Shown here: positions 23,356 through 33,770 of the stretch, one piece after another
Layout of the letters: each line of letters opens with the position of its first letter
How positions within the stretch are numbered: position 1 is the first letter of the stretch
Source of the DNA: a virus
Length of the DNA stretch: 64,000 nucleotides
Direction: 5' to 3' (one strand)
Virus record (IMG/VR): IMGVR_UViG_3300021365_000003
The notes under the pieces: generated by a model
The model's input: only the letters and a program-made list of their open reading frames with translations
The model's database searches: none
What the model was told of the DNA's origin: nothing
Position numbers and translations under genes: made by a program

Positions 23356-23742
23356 ATGGAAAAGATAAAAACAATGGAAGAAGCAATGCGCAACCCTGAT
23401 CTTGATGAGGTTGTACAAGTCGACAACGAACTAAAAACTTTTGTTGTTGATTATGTTGGAAAAGAGCTTCAACCGGAAACCGGCAATGTTACGGTTGAGA
23501 TGGTTATTGATGTCCTGGCTTCACACTTCCCAGAGCTTGTTTTTGCTCTTGCTGAGGAAAACTTTATTCGTGGCTATGAACAAGCCGCAGACGATCTGGC
23601 TGAAGTGGGTGAAGCAGTCGCAGCATCAACTCCATACGAAGAGGCACAGGATCTCAGTGTAGAGGAGTACCTAGAATGGAAGAAAACACTTCGGTGTTAT
23701 ACGAATTCTCAAGAGACCGTTCAAGCAGAAGACGATGAATAA
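23356..23742 (+). CDS. hypothetical protein
   Basis: GAGG RBS; AEENFIRGYEQA. Confidence 0.75.
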   Translation: MEKIKTMEEAMRNPDLDEVVQVDNELKTFVVDYVGKELQPETGNVTVEMVIDVLASHFPELVFALAEENFIRGYEQAADDLAEVGEAVAASTPYEEAQDLSVEEYLEWKKTLRCYTNSQETVQAEDDE

Positions 23743-24385
23743 TTTTTTTACTTTATACGCCGGACAAATCGAGGTTTTTATACAAGGAAAGACTAGGTTT
23801 GATTTTAAACAAGCCTTGGAAAAATTAGAAAAAACCTTACCGGGTTATTTTCTAATGCAAGGTATCGATGTTATTTATGTTGGTGAGTTTGAGGATCTTA
23901 GAGAAAGAGACCTAAATGCTGCCTATGCTGACGGTGCTATCTACGTCTTGCCTGAACAGTCTTCCGAGCAGGACTTTCTTGACGACATTGTTCACGAGGT
24001 TGCGCACTCTCTTGAGGAGCGCTTCACCGACTTTATCTATGGCGACGGCAAGATCCAACAAGAGTATAAAGAAAAATACTTAAAGCTAATCGGCCTAATG
24101 GGAAAGCAAGCTCAAATAGGAATTCCAGAAAAGTTCCTTAAAACTGTTCCGTTTGAGTATGATCCAGAATGGGATGAGTTTCTTTATCAAACTGTTGGCT
24201 ACGACATCTTACACATCCTAACTCCAGGCCTCTTCGCCTCTCCGTATGGGGCGACGTCTCTCAGGGAATACTGGGCCAACGCTTTTGAGCACTTTTACTT
24301 GACAAGCGCCTCCGCATCTGCTAAGATCTCACCAGAGGCGTTTAACAAGATAAAGGAGCTAAATGACCGAGCCGAAGCTACATAA
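23735..24385 (+). CDS. HExxH zinc metallopeptidase-like protein
   Basis: IVHEVAHSL...REYWANAFE. Confidence 0.7.
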   Translation: MNNFFTLYAGQIEVFIQGKTRFDFKQALEKLEKTLPGYFLMQGIDVIYVGEFEDLRERDLNAAYADGAIYVLPEQSSEQDFLDDIVHEVAHSLEERFTDFIYGDGKIQQEYKEKYLKLIGLMGKQAQIGIPEKFLKTVPFEYDPEWDEFLYQTVGYDILHILTPGLFASPYGATSLREYWANAFEHFYLTSASASAKISPEAFNKIKELNDRAEAT

Positions 24386-25166
24386 ACCACATATTTCTTT
24401 TTCCGAACTTTCCAATTGGCATAAGTGCCCTTGGTATCACAAGCTAGTATACGTCGATGACATTGCTGGTTTCAAGGGCTCTGCCCACACCGCTTTTGGT
24501 TCCGCTGTGCACAACACAGCGGAACAGTTGCTTTTGGAGAATGTAGAAGACCCTATTTCTTATTTCCAAAAAGATTTTACAAAACAAATCAACCAACTCC
24601 AAAAGGATGGTGTAGAATACGATGAAATGCTCGTAGAGCAGATGAAAGCACAAGGTGAAGACCTAGTTGAGCTTATTTTACCCGCTCTTCGCATCGAATT
24701 CGGCAAGTTTGAGTTAGTTGCTGTAGAATACTCTCTTTATGAAGACTGTAAAGAAGATCTAGGCATTGATTATAACTTTTCTTTCAAAGGCTTTATCGAT
24801 CTTATTATCAAGACTTCAGATGGTAAGATTCACATTCTAGATTACAAAACTTGTTCTTGGGGATGGAAAGCAGAAAAGAAAAGCAGCAAGATGACGAACT
24901 ACCAGTTAGTTCTTTACAAGTATTTTTATGCTAAGAAATACGGCATCCCACTAAAAGACGTTGAATGTCACTTTGCGCTTCTTAAAAGAACAGCAAAGAA
25001 AAATAGGGTAGAAATATTTAAAATCACTTCAGGGCAAAAAAAAGTTGAAAATGCTCTTGACTTTACGAAAAAAGCAGTTTATAATATTCACAAACAGTTA
25101 TACTTTAAGAATAGAATGAATTGCACTTATTGTGAATTCAAACATACAAAACATTGCCCGAGGTAA
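24363..25166 (+). CDS. PD-(D/E)XK exonuclease, Cas4/RecB-like
   Basis: KCP, FGSAVH, VEY, GFIDL, LDYKT, YQL, CxxCxxxxxxxC. Confidence 0.88.
   Translation: MTEPKLHKPHISFSELSNWHKCPWYHKLVYVDDIAGFKGSAHTAFGSAVHNTAEQLLLENVEDPISYFQKDFTKQINQLQKDGVEYDEMLVEQMKAQGEDLVELILPALRIEFGKFELVAVEYSLYEDCKEDLGIDYNFSFKGFIDLIIKTSDGKIHILDYKTCSWGWKAEKKSSKMTNYQLVLYKYFYAKKYGIPLKDVECHFALLKRTAKKNRVEIFKITSGQKKVENALDFTKKAVYNIHKQLYFKNRMNCTYCEFKHTKHCPR
25057..25085 (+). promoter_or_regulatory. sigma70-type promoter inside the nuclease gene, upstream of the glycosylation island
   Basis: TTGACT-N17-TATAAT. Confidence 0.6.
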
Positions 25167-25167
25167 A

Positions 25168-26430
25168 ATGACAGACAAGATTAAGATTCTAACAATATCA
25201 GACATGCCTCTTTCCCCGTCTGGTGTTGGCACTCAAACAAAGTATGTAATAGAATCCCTTCTAAAAACAGGAAAGTACCAAGTTATTTCACTTGGTGGTG
25301 CTATAAAACACCCAAAATACGACCCCATCAAAACAGAGGAATGGGGCGATGATTGGGTTATTTACCCGATTGACGGGTTTGGAACACCTGATGTGGTCCG
25401 GTCGATTATGAGAAATCATCGACCGGACCTTTTGTGGTTTATGACAGATCCACGTTTCTTTGGGTGGCTTTGGGAAATGGAAGACGAGATCCGTTCTCAA
25501 ATGCCGATGGTTTATTATCACGTATGGGACAACTTTCCAGCTCCCCATTATAATGAAAAGTTTTATAACTCAAATGATGTTATCTGTTCAATCTCAAAGG
25601 TTACAGATGCTATTGTTCGAGAAGTTGCGCCGGATGTTGAATCTCATTATGTTCCACACGCAGTTGATGGCGACATCTTCAAGCCAATGCCAACAGAAGC
25701 TACATCAGATCTTAGGAAAGAACAACTAGGAGAGTCCCACGAAAAGTTTGTATTCTTTTGGAACAACCGAAACGCACGACGAAAGCAGTCAGGTACCCTA
25801 CTATTTTGGTTCAAAGAGTTTTTGGAAAGAGTTGGAAAGGACAAGGCAACTCTTATTATGCATACAGAACCAAAAGATCCAAACGGTCAAGATCTAGAAG
25901 CAATTGCAAAGAAACTTGACATGCACGAAGATGGCCAAGTATTCTTTTCAAAGCAAAAGTATCCACCGCAGATTCTTGCGAACATTTATAACATGGTCGA
26001 TTGTACCCTCAACATTTCAGATGCTGAAGGTTTTGGCCTAGCAACCCTTGAATCTCTTTCTTGTGGTACCCCAATCATTGTAAATATGACCGGTGGGCTC
26101 CAAGAACAAGTAACTGATGGTGAGAACTGGTTTGGAATAGGCCTAGAACCGCCCTCAAAGGCCATCATAGGCTCTCAAGACATTCCTTACATCTACGAGG
26201 ACCGCCTCAACAAGGAAGACTTTATAGAGGCTCTCACGAAGATTATGGAAATGCCCGAAGAAGAGCGAAAAGCACTTGGTGAAGCTGGTCGAGAACACGT
26301 ACAAAAGAACTATAACTTTAAAGACTTTTGTGATAAGTGGCCAACACTCCTAGAAGACATTCATAATCGTTATGGATCTTGGGAAAGCAGAAAAAATCAT
26401 TCAACTTGGACATTTGAGGAGGTAGTATGA
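25168..26430 (+). CDS. GT-B (GT4) glycosyltransferase
   Basis: NRNARRK, EGFGLATLESLSCGTPII. Confidence 0.9.
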   Translation: MTDKIKILTISDMPLSPSGVGTQTKYVIESLLKTGKYQVISLGGAIKHPKYDPIKTEEWGDDWVIYPIDGFGTPDVVRSIMRNHRPDLLWFMTDPRFFGWLWEMEDEIRSQMPMVYYHVWDNFPAPHYNEKFYNSNDVICSISKVTDAIVREVAPDVESHYVPHAVDGDIFKPMPTEATSDLRKEQLGESHEKFVFFWNNRNARRKQSGTLLFWFKEFLERVGKDKATLIMHTEPKDPNGQDLEAIAKKLDMHEDGQVFFSKQKYPPQILANIYNMVDCTLNISDAEGFGLATLESLSCGTPIIVNMTGGLQEQVTDGENWFGIGLEPPSKAIIGSQDIPYIYEDRLNKEDFIEALTKIMEMPEEERKALGEAGREHVQKNYNFKDFCDKWPTLLEDIHNRYGSWESRKNHSTWTFEEVV

Positions 26431-27710
26431 AAAAGGTATTAGTTAGAGGCCCAGCGCTATCGCAATCAGGTTATGGAGAACACACACGCTTGGTTCTTCG
26501 TTCGCTTCGCTCAAGAGAGGAAGAACTAGATCTTTACCTTCTTTCAACCAGCTGGGGTGCGACAAACTGGATCTTTGAAGATGATGAGGAGCGAGCATGG
26601 CTTGACTCACTCATCCAAAAGACAGCTATGCTAATGCAACAAAAGCAAATGCCTCAGCCAGACGTCTCAATACAAGTCACAATACCTCTTGAATGGGAGC
26701 GCATGGCCCCGATTAACATTGGCGTCACCGCAGGTATTGAAACCACAAAGATTGCGGGAGAATGGATTGAGAAGGCAAATTTGATGGATAAAATCATTGT
26801 TCCGTCTCAGTTTGCTCGTTATGCTTTTGACGAAACTTCTTATGACGCACAAAACCAACAAACCGGAGAAATCGTCAAGGGCTACAAAAACGAAACACCT
26901 ATTGAAGTTATTCCTTATCCAAGAAAAGATTGGGACTTTAAAGACAGCCCAGAGTCAATTGAAAACCAAATCTCTTTTGAAACAGATTTTAACTTTCTTT
27001 CAGTTGCCCAATGGGGGCCACGAAAGAATCTAGAGAACCTAGTCAAGTGGTTTATCGAAGAAAACTTTGATCGTGAAAATGTTGGCCTAGTTCTAAAGAC
27101 CAACCTAGCAAAGAACTGCGAGATTGATCGGGTTCATTGTATTGAGAGAATCAAGGTTCTTCTAGATCACGAAGATTACAAAGAAAAGAAATGTAAGGTA
27201 TATCTTCTTCATGGCTATATGACAGAAGAGGAGATGGCGCTTCTTTATCGGCACAAGGACATTCACGCCTTTATCACAACAACTCACGGTGAAGGTTATG
27301 GGCTTCCGCTATTCGAGGCAGCACAAGCAGGCCTTCCCATCATCGCACCGGCTTGGTCAGGGCACACCGACTTCTTGACGATGCCTGTAAAGGGAAAAAA
27401 CAAGTTCATTCCACTTAAGGTAGATTATGAACTTCGCCATGTCCAGAAAGAAGTTGTATGGGATAAAGTTATTATTCCTGATTCTATGTGGTGTTTTCCA
27501 AAGGAGGGCTCATTTAAAATGAAGATGCGCTCGATGATGGAGAATCACGGCGCAATGCAAAAGAAAGCAAACCAGCTAGCAGAATGGCTTGAAGAAAACT
27601 GGCCCGATGAAGAAAAAACTTTTGAGAGATTCTTTGAAGAAATATTTTACAAAGAAAGCTTTCTTGGAGTGCCTACCTTGAACGACGAAGAAATACTGGA
27701 ATATGCATAA
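26427..27710 (+). CDS. GT-B (GT4) glycosyltransferase
   Basis: SGYG, RKNL, EGYGLPLFEAAQAGLPII. Confidence 0.9.
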   Translation: MKKVLVRGPALSQSGYGEHTRLVLRSLRSREEELDLYLLSTSWGATNWIFEDDEERAWLDSLIQKTAMLMQQKQMPQPDVSIQVTIPLEWERMAPINIGVTAGIETTKIAGEWIEKANLMDKIIVPSQFARYAFDETSYDAQNQQTGEIVKGYKNETPIEVIPYPRKDWDFKDSPESIENQISFETDFNFLSVAQWGPRKNLENLVKWFIEENFDRENVGLVLKTNLAKNCEIDRVHCIERIKVLLDHEDYKEKKCKVYLLHGYMTEEEMALLYRHKDIHAFITTTHGEGYGLPLFEAAQAGLPIIAPAWSGHTDFLTMPVKGKNKFIPLKVDYELRHVQKEVVWDKVIIPDSMWCFPKEGSFKMKMRSMMENHGAMQKKANQLAEWLEENWPDEEKTFERFFEEIFYKESFLGVPTLNDEEILEYA

Positions 27711-29319
27711 AAAAGGTATAGTCTTTGTTTCTGACTTCTTTGCCGACCAGGTTTTTGGTGGTGCTGAGATTTATGATGCTGTTTTAATCAGGGAATTAGA
27801 GAAAAGAGCTCTTAAAGTTGTAAAGTTCAACAGTAAGGATTTTACAAGAGCATATTATAATTTTTACTTAAAACATGATTTTTATTTCTTGTTTTCAAAC
27901 TTTACTGCTCTAGATAAAAACCTGATAAAGCACATTCAGGCGCATAAAAACACGTATTCTATAGTTGAACACGATCATAAATACGACGCAAATAGAAATC
28001 CAGGAATTTATAATAATGATTTTAAAGTACCTGCTCATCTTATTATCAACAAATTATTTTATCAAAATGCAAAAAATTTGTTTTGTCAGTCTAAGTTCCA
28101 TGAAGACATAATTAATAAAAATTTAAGCTTACAAAATACAATTAATCTTTCTTGCTCCTTGTGGGATGAAGAACAGCTAAAAATAATCAGAAAAAACTTA
28201 ACTAATCAAAAAAATACAAACTTAGTATTAAAAGACCCAAACCCCATAAAGGGCTATAAACAGGCGGAATTGTACTGTAAAGAAAAAAGTATTGAATTTA
28301 CTTGTTTAAAGAAAACAGATTATAGTGACTATATAGCCAATCTTTCGAGAGCAGAAAGGTTTATCTTCTTTCCTCAAACGCCCGAAAGTTTTTGTCGTGT
28401 GGTACTAGAAGCAAGAATGCTCAATTGTTCAGTTGTAACAAACAAACTAAACGGGTGCACTCACGAATCTTGGTTTGCAGGCCTGAAAGGTGAAGATCTG
28501 ATTGATTTTGTTTCTAACTCTAGAGATGAAATTGTACAAACTATTGTTGATAGCATTTCTTCAGAAAAGAAAAACAAAGAAGCTGATCTAACAGTTATCT
28601 TGAATTGCTACAGGCGCCCGGCTAATCTGGCACTACAAGTCAAGGCAATAAGGGAGCAAAGCTGCCCGCCGAACCAGGTTTGGCTTTGGGTCAATGATCA
28701 TGAAGATAATCATGGTTTTGATTTCGACTCTTTAGATGTCGACAAAGTGTTTTTGAATAACCACAATTGGAAGTTTTATGGTCGTTTTGCCGCCGCCCTT
28801 CTGGCAGATACTGAGTTCATCGCAGTCTATGACGATGACACGATCCCAGGTGGTAATTGGCATAAAAACTGCTTTGAGACGATGGAGAGGGAAGAAGGAA
28901 TATTGGGATCTGCTGGCATCATACTTAAAAGCGCAGAGTACGCCAATCACGATCGGTGTGGCTGGCCAACAAGAAATAGCGAACCAACAGAAGTTGATCT
29001 TGTTGGCCATGCATGGTTCTTCAAGAGAGAGTGGTTAAGTTTCCTTTGGAAAGAAAAGCCCTTCACTTGGGAGAATGGTGAAGATATACAGTTTTCTTCA
29101 ATGGCAAAAATCCATGGCGGCATTAAAACATTTTGTCCGGCCCATCCTCCCACCGATCAGAGTCTGCATGGATCAATTCTAGGAAATGAGCTTGGAATCG
29201 ATTCAAAAGCAACGTCAAACAACAACGAAGTAACACATCAACAGTTTTTTCATGAAAGGGATCTGTGTGTGCAAAATGCGCTCAAAAATGGGTGGGCAAC
29301 AGTTAACGAGGTTGTTTAA
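27703..29319 (+). CDS. fused GT-B + GT-A (GT2-like) glycosyltransferase
   Basis: ESFCRVVLEARM, then TVILNCYRR...AVYDDD...GEDI. Confidence 0.8.
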   Translation: MHKKGIVFVSDFFADQVFGGAEIYDAVLIRELEKRALKVVKFNSKDFTRAYYNFYLKHDFYFLFSNFTALDKNLIKHIQAHKNTYSIVEHDHKYDANRNPGIYNNDFKVPAHLIINKLFYQNAKNLFCQSKFHEDIINKNLSLQNTINLSCSLWDEEQLKIIRKNLTNQKNTNLVLKDPNPIKGYKQAELYCKEKSIEFTCLKKTDYSDYIANLSRAERFIFFPQTPESFCRVVLEARMLNCSVVTNKLNGCTHESWFAGLKGEDLIDFVSNSRDEIVQTIVDSISSEKKNKEADLTVILNCYRRPANLALQVKAIREQSCPPNQVWLWVNDHEDNHGFDFDSLDVDKVFLNNHNWKFYGRFAAALLADTEFIAVYDDDTIPGGNWHKNCFETMEREEGILGSAGIILKSAEYANHDRCGWPTRNSEPTEVDLVGHAWFFKREWLSFLWKEKPFTWENGEDIQFSSMAKIHGGIKTFCPAHPPTDQSLHGSILGNELGIDSKATSNNNEVTHQQFFHERDLCVQNALKNGWATVNEVV

Positions 29320-30323
29320 TGATTTTAGTATCTTTTGGGACTAGACCAGAATGGATAAAGATCAAGCCGATACTTGACGCTTTTGATTATAGTAAAGTTC
29401 CATACAGGGTGCTTTTTACAGGTCAGCATGAAGATTTAATAAAAAACGTTCAGAACTGTCTAGCACTCAATATCAAACCTGGCGATAACAGACTAGACTC
29501 TATAGTCGCTTCAGTGCTAAACAATAATCAGATCTTTCATCGGATTACATCTGTACTGGTACAAGGAGACACGACGTCATCCTTTGCTGTTGCGCTAGCT
29601 GCCTTTCATCGGAATAAGAAGATAATTCATCTAGAAGCAGGATTGAGAACCTACAACAAGAGTCATCCATACCCAGAAGAATTTAACCGTCGCTCTATTT
29701 CGGCTATGGCAGATATTCACCTTTGTCCAACAGAGTTGACAAGACAAAATCTGATAACTGAGAATTTTAAAGATAATATTTTTGTTGTTGGCAATAGTGT
29801 ACTAGATAATTTGATTAATCTTAAGGTATCGGAAACAAATAAAATTATAATTACCTTGCATAGAAGAGAAAACCATGATAACATTAGATTGTGGTTTAAA
29901 GAAATAGAAAAGATAGCAAACCACCATCATGAATTGGATTTTTTCATTCCACTGCACCCCAATCCGAATGTCGCACAACATAGAGACGTCTTTAAAAAAG
30001 TTAGGGTGATAGAGCCACTACAATACGAACAGTTTATAACAGAAATAGCTCAGTGTAAAATGATTATAACGGACTCCGGCGGAATTCAAGAAGAGGCATC
30101 TTTCCTAGGAAAACATTGTTTAGTATGCAGAGACACAACAGAGCGTCCTGAATCTCTAGGTGAGTATTCAACGCTAGTTCAGATACAAACCCTACATACA
30201 GCCTTTGAGAAGCAATTGAGAGCGGTACCGTCAACGACACAATGCCCTTTCGGTGACGGCCAAACATCTAAACGGGTCGTCATGATATTGAATAAATTGA
30301 ACAAAAATGAAAGATTATACTAA
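29319..30323 (+). CDS. wecB: UDP-N-acetylglucosamine 2-epimerase
   Basis: FGTRPE, TGQH, VQGDT, HLEAGLR, PEE, TLHRREN, TDSGGIQEEA. Confidence 0.93.
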   Translation: MILVSFGTRPEWIKIKPILDAFDYSKVPYRVLFTGQHEDLIKNVQNCLALNIKPGDNRLDSIVASVLNNNQIFHRITSVLVQGDTTSSFAVALAAFHRNKKIIHLEAGLRTYNKSHPYPEEFNRRSISAMADIHLCPTELTRQNLITENFKDNIFVVGNSVLDNLINLKVSETNKIIITLHRRENHDNIRLWFKEIEKIANHHHELDFFIPLHPNPNVAQHRDVFKKVRVIEPLQYEQFITEIAQCKMIITDSGGIQEEASFLGKHCLVCRDTTERPESLGEYSTLVQIQTLHTAFEKQLRAVPSTTQCPFGDGQTSKRVVMILNKLNKNERLY

Positions 30324-31101
30324 AGCTTTTAATACAATTTTAAATAAATTAAAAAATAAAGAAAATTTTGCGTTTACGAGATTTTCTGATGGTGAATTGT
30401 TTATCATGCAGAATAAAAAGTTAGTTTTAGCAGATAAATTTTATCAAACAGGTGATATTATAGGAAGCAACATCTATACAAAAGAGGAGCAGAAAGAGTT
30501 CATTCCAGAAAAGCACCAATCATATCGTGCACTTTTACTTAAATGTTTCAAGCACAATCAAGAAGGGTACTTCAAGGGAATCTGCACACCAACAGACTCC
30601 CATGTCGGCAAGGATAACTTCGCCTGGATGGTGAAAGAACACGGCGCCCCTGGAGATAATTTAACTTTTGCAAACTTGTTAATAAATGCAAATTATAAAA
30701 GATTTGTAGAAGAAATAATTCCTTTGTTCAAAAGAAGAGAAGTCATTTATGTAGTTAACGAGCTAGCAGACACTAATCGATTACCTTTTGAGATTTCGAA
30801 AGAGTTTAGAGTTGGCTCAAATTGCATGATTGATAGTTATGATACTATTGAGAAGGTAAAGACATACATATCTAAAAACAGCATTAAAGACGCCATAGTA
30901 TTATGTTCAGCTGCCTCGTTATCAAATTTTATTATCTATGAGTGCTTTAAAGAAGACAATCAGAATACTTTTCTAGATATTGGAAGTTGCTTAAACCCGC
31001 TTTTAAATCTTGAGGGCTGGGTCCATACAAGAGGCTATCTAACCTCCTATTGGTTGGGGCACAGTAATCACTATAGTAGCCAGAGGGATATATGGAGCTA
31101 A
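30307..31101 (+). CDS. GT-D-fold-like glycosyltransferase
   Basis: FTRFSDGE...LDIGS. Confidence 0.6.
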   Translation: MKDYTKAFNTILNKLKNKENFAFTRFSDGELFIMQNKKLVLADKFYQTGDIIGSNIYTKEEQKEFIPEKHQSYRALLLKCFKHNQEGYFKGICTPTDSHVGKDNFAWMVKEHGAPGDNLTFANLLINANYKRFVEEIIPLFKRREVIYVVNELADTNRLPFEISKEFRVGSNCMIDSYDTIEKVKTYISKNSIKDAIVLCSAASLSNFIIYECFKEDNQNTFLDIGSCLNPLLNLEGWVHTRGYLTSYWLGHSNHYSSQRDIWS

Positions 31102-31478
31102 AATTGGTAAAGAACGACTACACATTCTGGGAGTTCATAAGAAATTTAAGGAATGCTCCTGGCACCAAGGAGTCCTTTATCGAGCAAGAACATATCGAGC
31201 AAACAACTCATGAACGTTTTATGAAGAAACATTCTGATTGTTATTTTATATGTTTGTCTGATGAGACACCGGTTGGCTTTATTGGTGTTATCGAAGGCGA
31301 TATAAGAGTGGCGGTGAGTCCGGAGTTTCAAGGCATGAAGATTGGAAGCTACATGGTCAGCGAAATGGCCAAACATCACCCAACAGCTGCAGCCAAAGTA
31401 AAAATTGCCAACGAGGCTAGCCTGAGATTGTTTGAAAGTTGTGGATACAAGAGAAAATACTATATATTAGAGAGATGA
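31092..31478 (+). CDS. GNAT N-acetyltransferase
   Basis: VSPEFQGMKIG, NEASLRLFESCGY. Confidence 0.85.
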   Translation: MELKLVKNDYTFWEFIRNLRNAPGTKESFIEQEHIEQTTHERFMKKHSDCYFICLSDETPVGFIGVIEGDIRVAVSPEFQGMKIGSYMVSEMAKHHPTAAAKVKIANEASLRLFESCGYKRKYYILER

Positions 31479-31479
31479 C

Positions 31480-32091
31480 ATGAGACACAATCCATATAAA
31501 ATAGTGAAAATGTTCGAAGAAACCATGGCTGATTATTGCGGATCCAAGTATGCAATTTCGACTGATAACTGCACCGACGCAATCCTGCTTTGCTGTGAGT
31601 ATCTGGAAGTAAAAGACGTTATCATCCCAGCCCGTACATATCTTTCAGTGCCCCAATCTATTATGCATGCCGGAGGCACGGTTAAGTTTAAAGATTATGA
31701 CTGGAAGGGGATATATCAACTCGAACCCTACCCCATATATGATGCAGCAAAAAGGCTCACTAGCAATATGTACATGCCAGGTAGCTATATGTGTTTATCG
31801 TTCCACATCAAGAAGCATTTAAAAATAGGTAAAGGTGGCATGATCCTAACTGACGATAAGGATGCGGCCGAGTGGTTTCGGAAGGGGAGATATGAAGGCC
31901 GAGGTGAAGTAGCATACCACGATGACAACATTGAGATCAATGGATGGAATGCATATATGACACCAGAGCAAGCGGCAAGGGGTCTTACCCTTATGCAAAA
32001 CTATCCGGATCACGTGGAGGATCTCCCGGAGCTCCCTAGTTATAAAGATCTCAGAGAGTTTAAGTTATTTAAGGACCATAAAACCGTCTAG
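31480..32091 (+). CDS. shortened DegT/DnrJ sugar aminotransferase
   Basis: FEE...YAIS..NCT.A, DAA, SFHIKKHL..GKGGMI. Confidence 0.8.
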   Translation: MRHNPYKIVKMFEETMADYCGSKYAISTDNCTDAILLCCEYLEVKDVIIPARTYLSVPQSIMHAGGTVKFKDYDWKGIYQLEPYPIYDAAKRLTSNMYMPGSYMCLSFHIKKHLKIGKGGMILTDDKDAAEWFRKGRYEGRGEVAYHDDNIEINGWNAYMTPEQAARGLTLMQNYPDHVEDLPELPSYKDLREFKLFKDHKTV

Positions 32092-32092
32092 T

Positions 32093-32776
32093 ATGAAGAT
32101 AGCTATCAATCAATCAAATTATATATCCTGGAAAGGTTATTTTGACATGATCCAGTCAGTCGACACTTTTGTGCTGTACGACGACGTACAATACACTAAA
32201 CGTGATTGGCGAAACAGGAACAAGATTAAGACATGTCATGGCCTGAAGTGGCTAACTGTGCCGGTAGGCGTCAAGGGGCGGTATCATCAAAAGATAAAAG
32301 ATGCAATAATTATTAATGATGGAGATTGGAGAAGCAGTCATCTTAAGTCAATCAAAGAAGCATATTCTAAAGCCCCAGACTATAAGAAAGTCCTTCCATA
32401 CATCGAGAATTTATATACGACATCTAATTATAACACCATCTCTGAAGTTAATCGGCATTTTATAGTCGGTATATGCGACTACTTGGATATTAATACAAAT
32501 ATAGTTTCTTCTGCAGAGTATAATTTGTCAGCTGAAGACAAAACTGATAGGCTAATCGACATATGCACTCAGGCCGGCGCATCTGAGTATGTCTCCGGTC
32601 CTGCCGCTAAAGATTATATCGATCGAGATAAGTTCGAATTGGCCGGGATCAAGTTAACATGGATGGATTACAGCAAATATCCAGAATATCCGCAGCTGCA
32701 TGGTGACTTTGTGCACAAGGTGAGCATAATAGATTTGCTATTCAGCTGTGGGAAACAATCGATCAATTTTATATAA
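32093..32776 (+). CDS. WbqC-like protein
   Basis: QSNYISWKGYFD, DDVQY, RNRNKI, YVSGP, SIIDLL. Confidence 0.9.
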   Translation: MKIAINQSNYISWKGYFDMIQSVDTFVLYDDVQYTKRDWRNRNKIKTCHGLKWLTVPVGVKGRYHQKIKDAIIINDGDWRSSHLKSIKEAYSKAPDYKKVLPYIENLYTTSNYNTISEVNRHFIVGICDYLDINTNIVSSAEYNLSAEDKTDRLIDICTQAGASEYVSGPAAKDYIDRDKFELAGIKLTWMDYSKYPEYPQLHGDFVHKVSIIDLLFSCGKQSINFI

Positions 32777-32789
32777 ACTGAATTAAAAA

Positions 32790-33770
32790 ATGACAAACAA
32801 CATAGAAAATTATGCTTTTCGAGATGGCCTCTCAGCTGAGTTTCCATCTCAATTGATAATGGACATTACAGAGATTTGCAACTTGGCGTGTATCCATTGC
32901 CCCCATCCAGTGTTCAAAAAATCAGAGTATTATGCAAAAAGATATTTAGAGCCAGCACTAAATAAAAAAATGGTGCACGAAGTACGAGACGATGCAGCCG
33001 GCGCTTGTAAATATATACGTTACACTAGTAATGGAGAACCCTTAATACACCCAGAAGGCTATAAGATGGTAAAATACGCCGTGGATAATTCAAACACTTT
33101 TGTGTGTTTGACGACGAATGGCACCATCATGAGAGAAAGAAAAACACGTGAGCTTCTAGACTCCGGAATTCACATGATTGATATTAGCATTGATGCCCAC
33201 ACGCCGGAGACCTATTCGAAGGTAAGAGTCAATGGTGACCTGACAAGAACTAAAACCAACGTCCTTAGACTCATTGACTGGGTAAGGCGGGACCAACTAG
33301 GTACAAAAGTGGTCGTTAGTTTCGTAGAACAACCACAAAACACCCACGAGATCAACAACTTCCGGAAGTTTTGGACAGAAAATGGAGCAGATAAAGTTAT
33401 TATTAGGCGTCTTCATTCAGCCGCCGGGGCTGTCGACAACATCGCCAAAAGAATGCATCATGAACAAAAAGAAGAAGAGAGGTACCCTTGCCTTTACCCA
33501 TGGGAAAGACTGACTCTCGACCCCAAAGGATACCTGTCCTTCTGCCCTACAGACTGGAAGTATAAATCAACGTTTACGGATTTTCGCAAGACCACGATCA
33601 AAGAAGCTTGGCAAGGCCCTTTTCTTAAATCTCTAAGAGAGGCTCATGTCCGTAATGAGTTTGGCTGTCATAAATTTTGCGGTCAATGTCCGGATTGGAA
33701 GCAGACTAGATGGCCAGGCGAAGGAAGACGGTATGCAAATCTAGTTGATCAACTCAAAGGTGATTCATGA
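32790..33770 (+). CDS. radical SAM/SPASM-domain protein
   Basis: CNLACIHC, GEPL, TNG, C-terminal cysteines. Confidence 0.9.
   Translation: MTNNIENYAFRDGLSAEFPSQLIMDITEICNLACIHCPHPVFKKSEYYAKRYLEPALNKKMVHEVRDDAAGACKYIRYTSNGEPLIHPEGYKMVKYAVDNSNTFVCLTTNGTIMRERKTRELLDSGIHMIDISIDAHTPETYSKVRVNGDLTRTKTNVLRLIDWVRRDQLGTKVVVSFVEQPQNTHEINNFRKFWTENGADKVIIRRLHSAAGAVDNIAKRMHHEQKEEERYPCLYPWERLTLDPKGYLSFCPTDWKYKSTFTDFRKTTIKEAWQGPFLKSLREAHVRNEFGCHKFCGQCPDWKQTRWPGEGRRYANLVDQLKGDS

Noticed and set aside
24363-25166. Cas4 as part of a CRISPR-Cas system
   Set aside because: No other cas genes or array; stand-alone Cas4-like nucleases are common in phages
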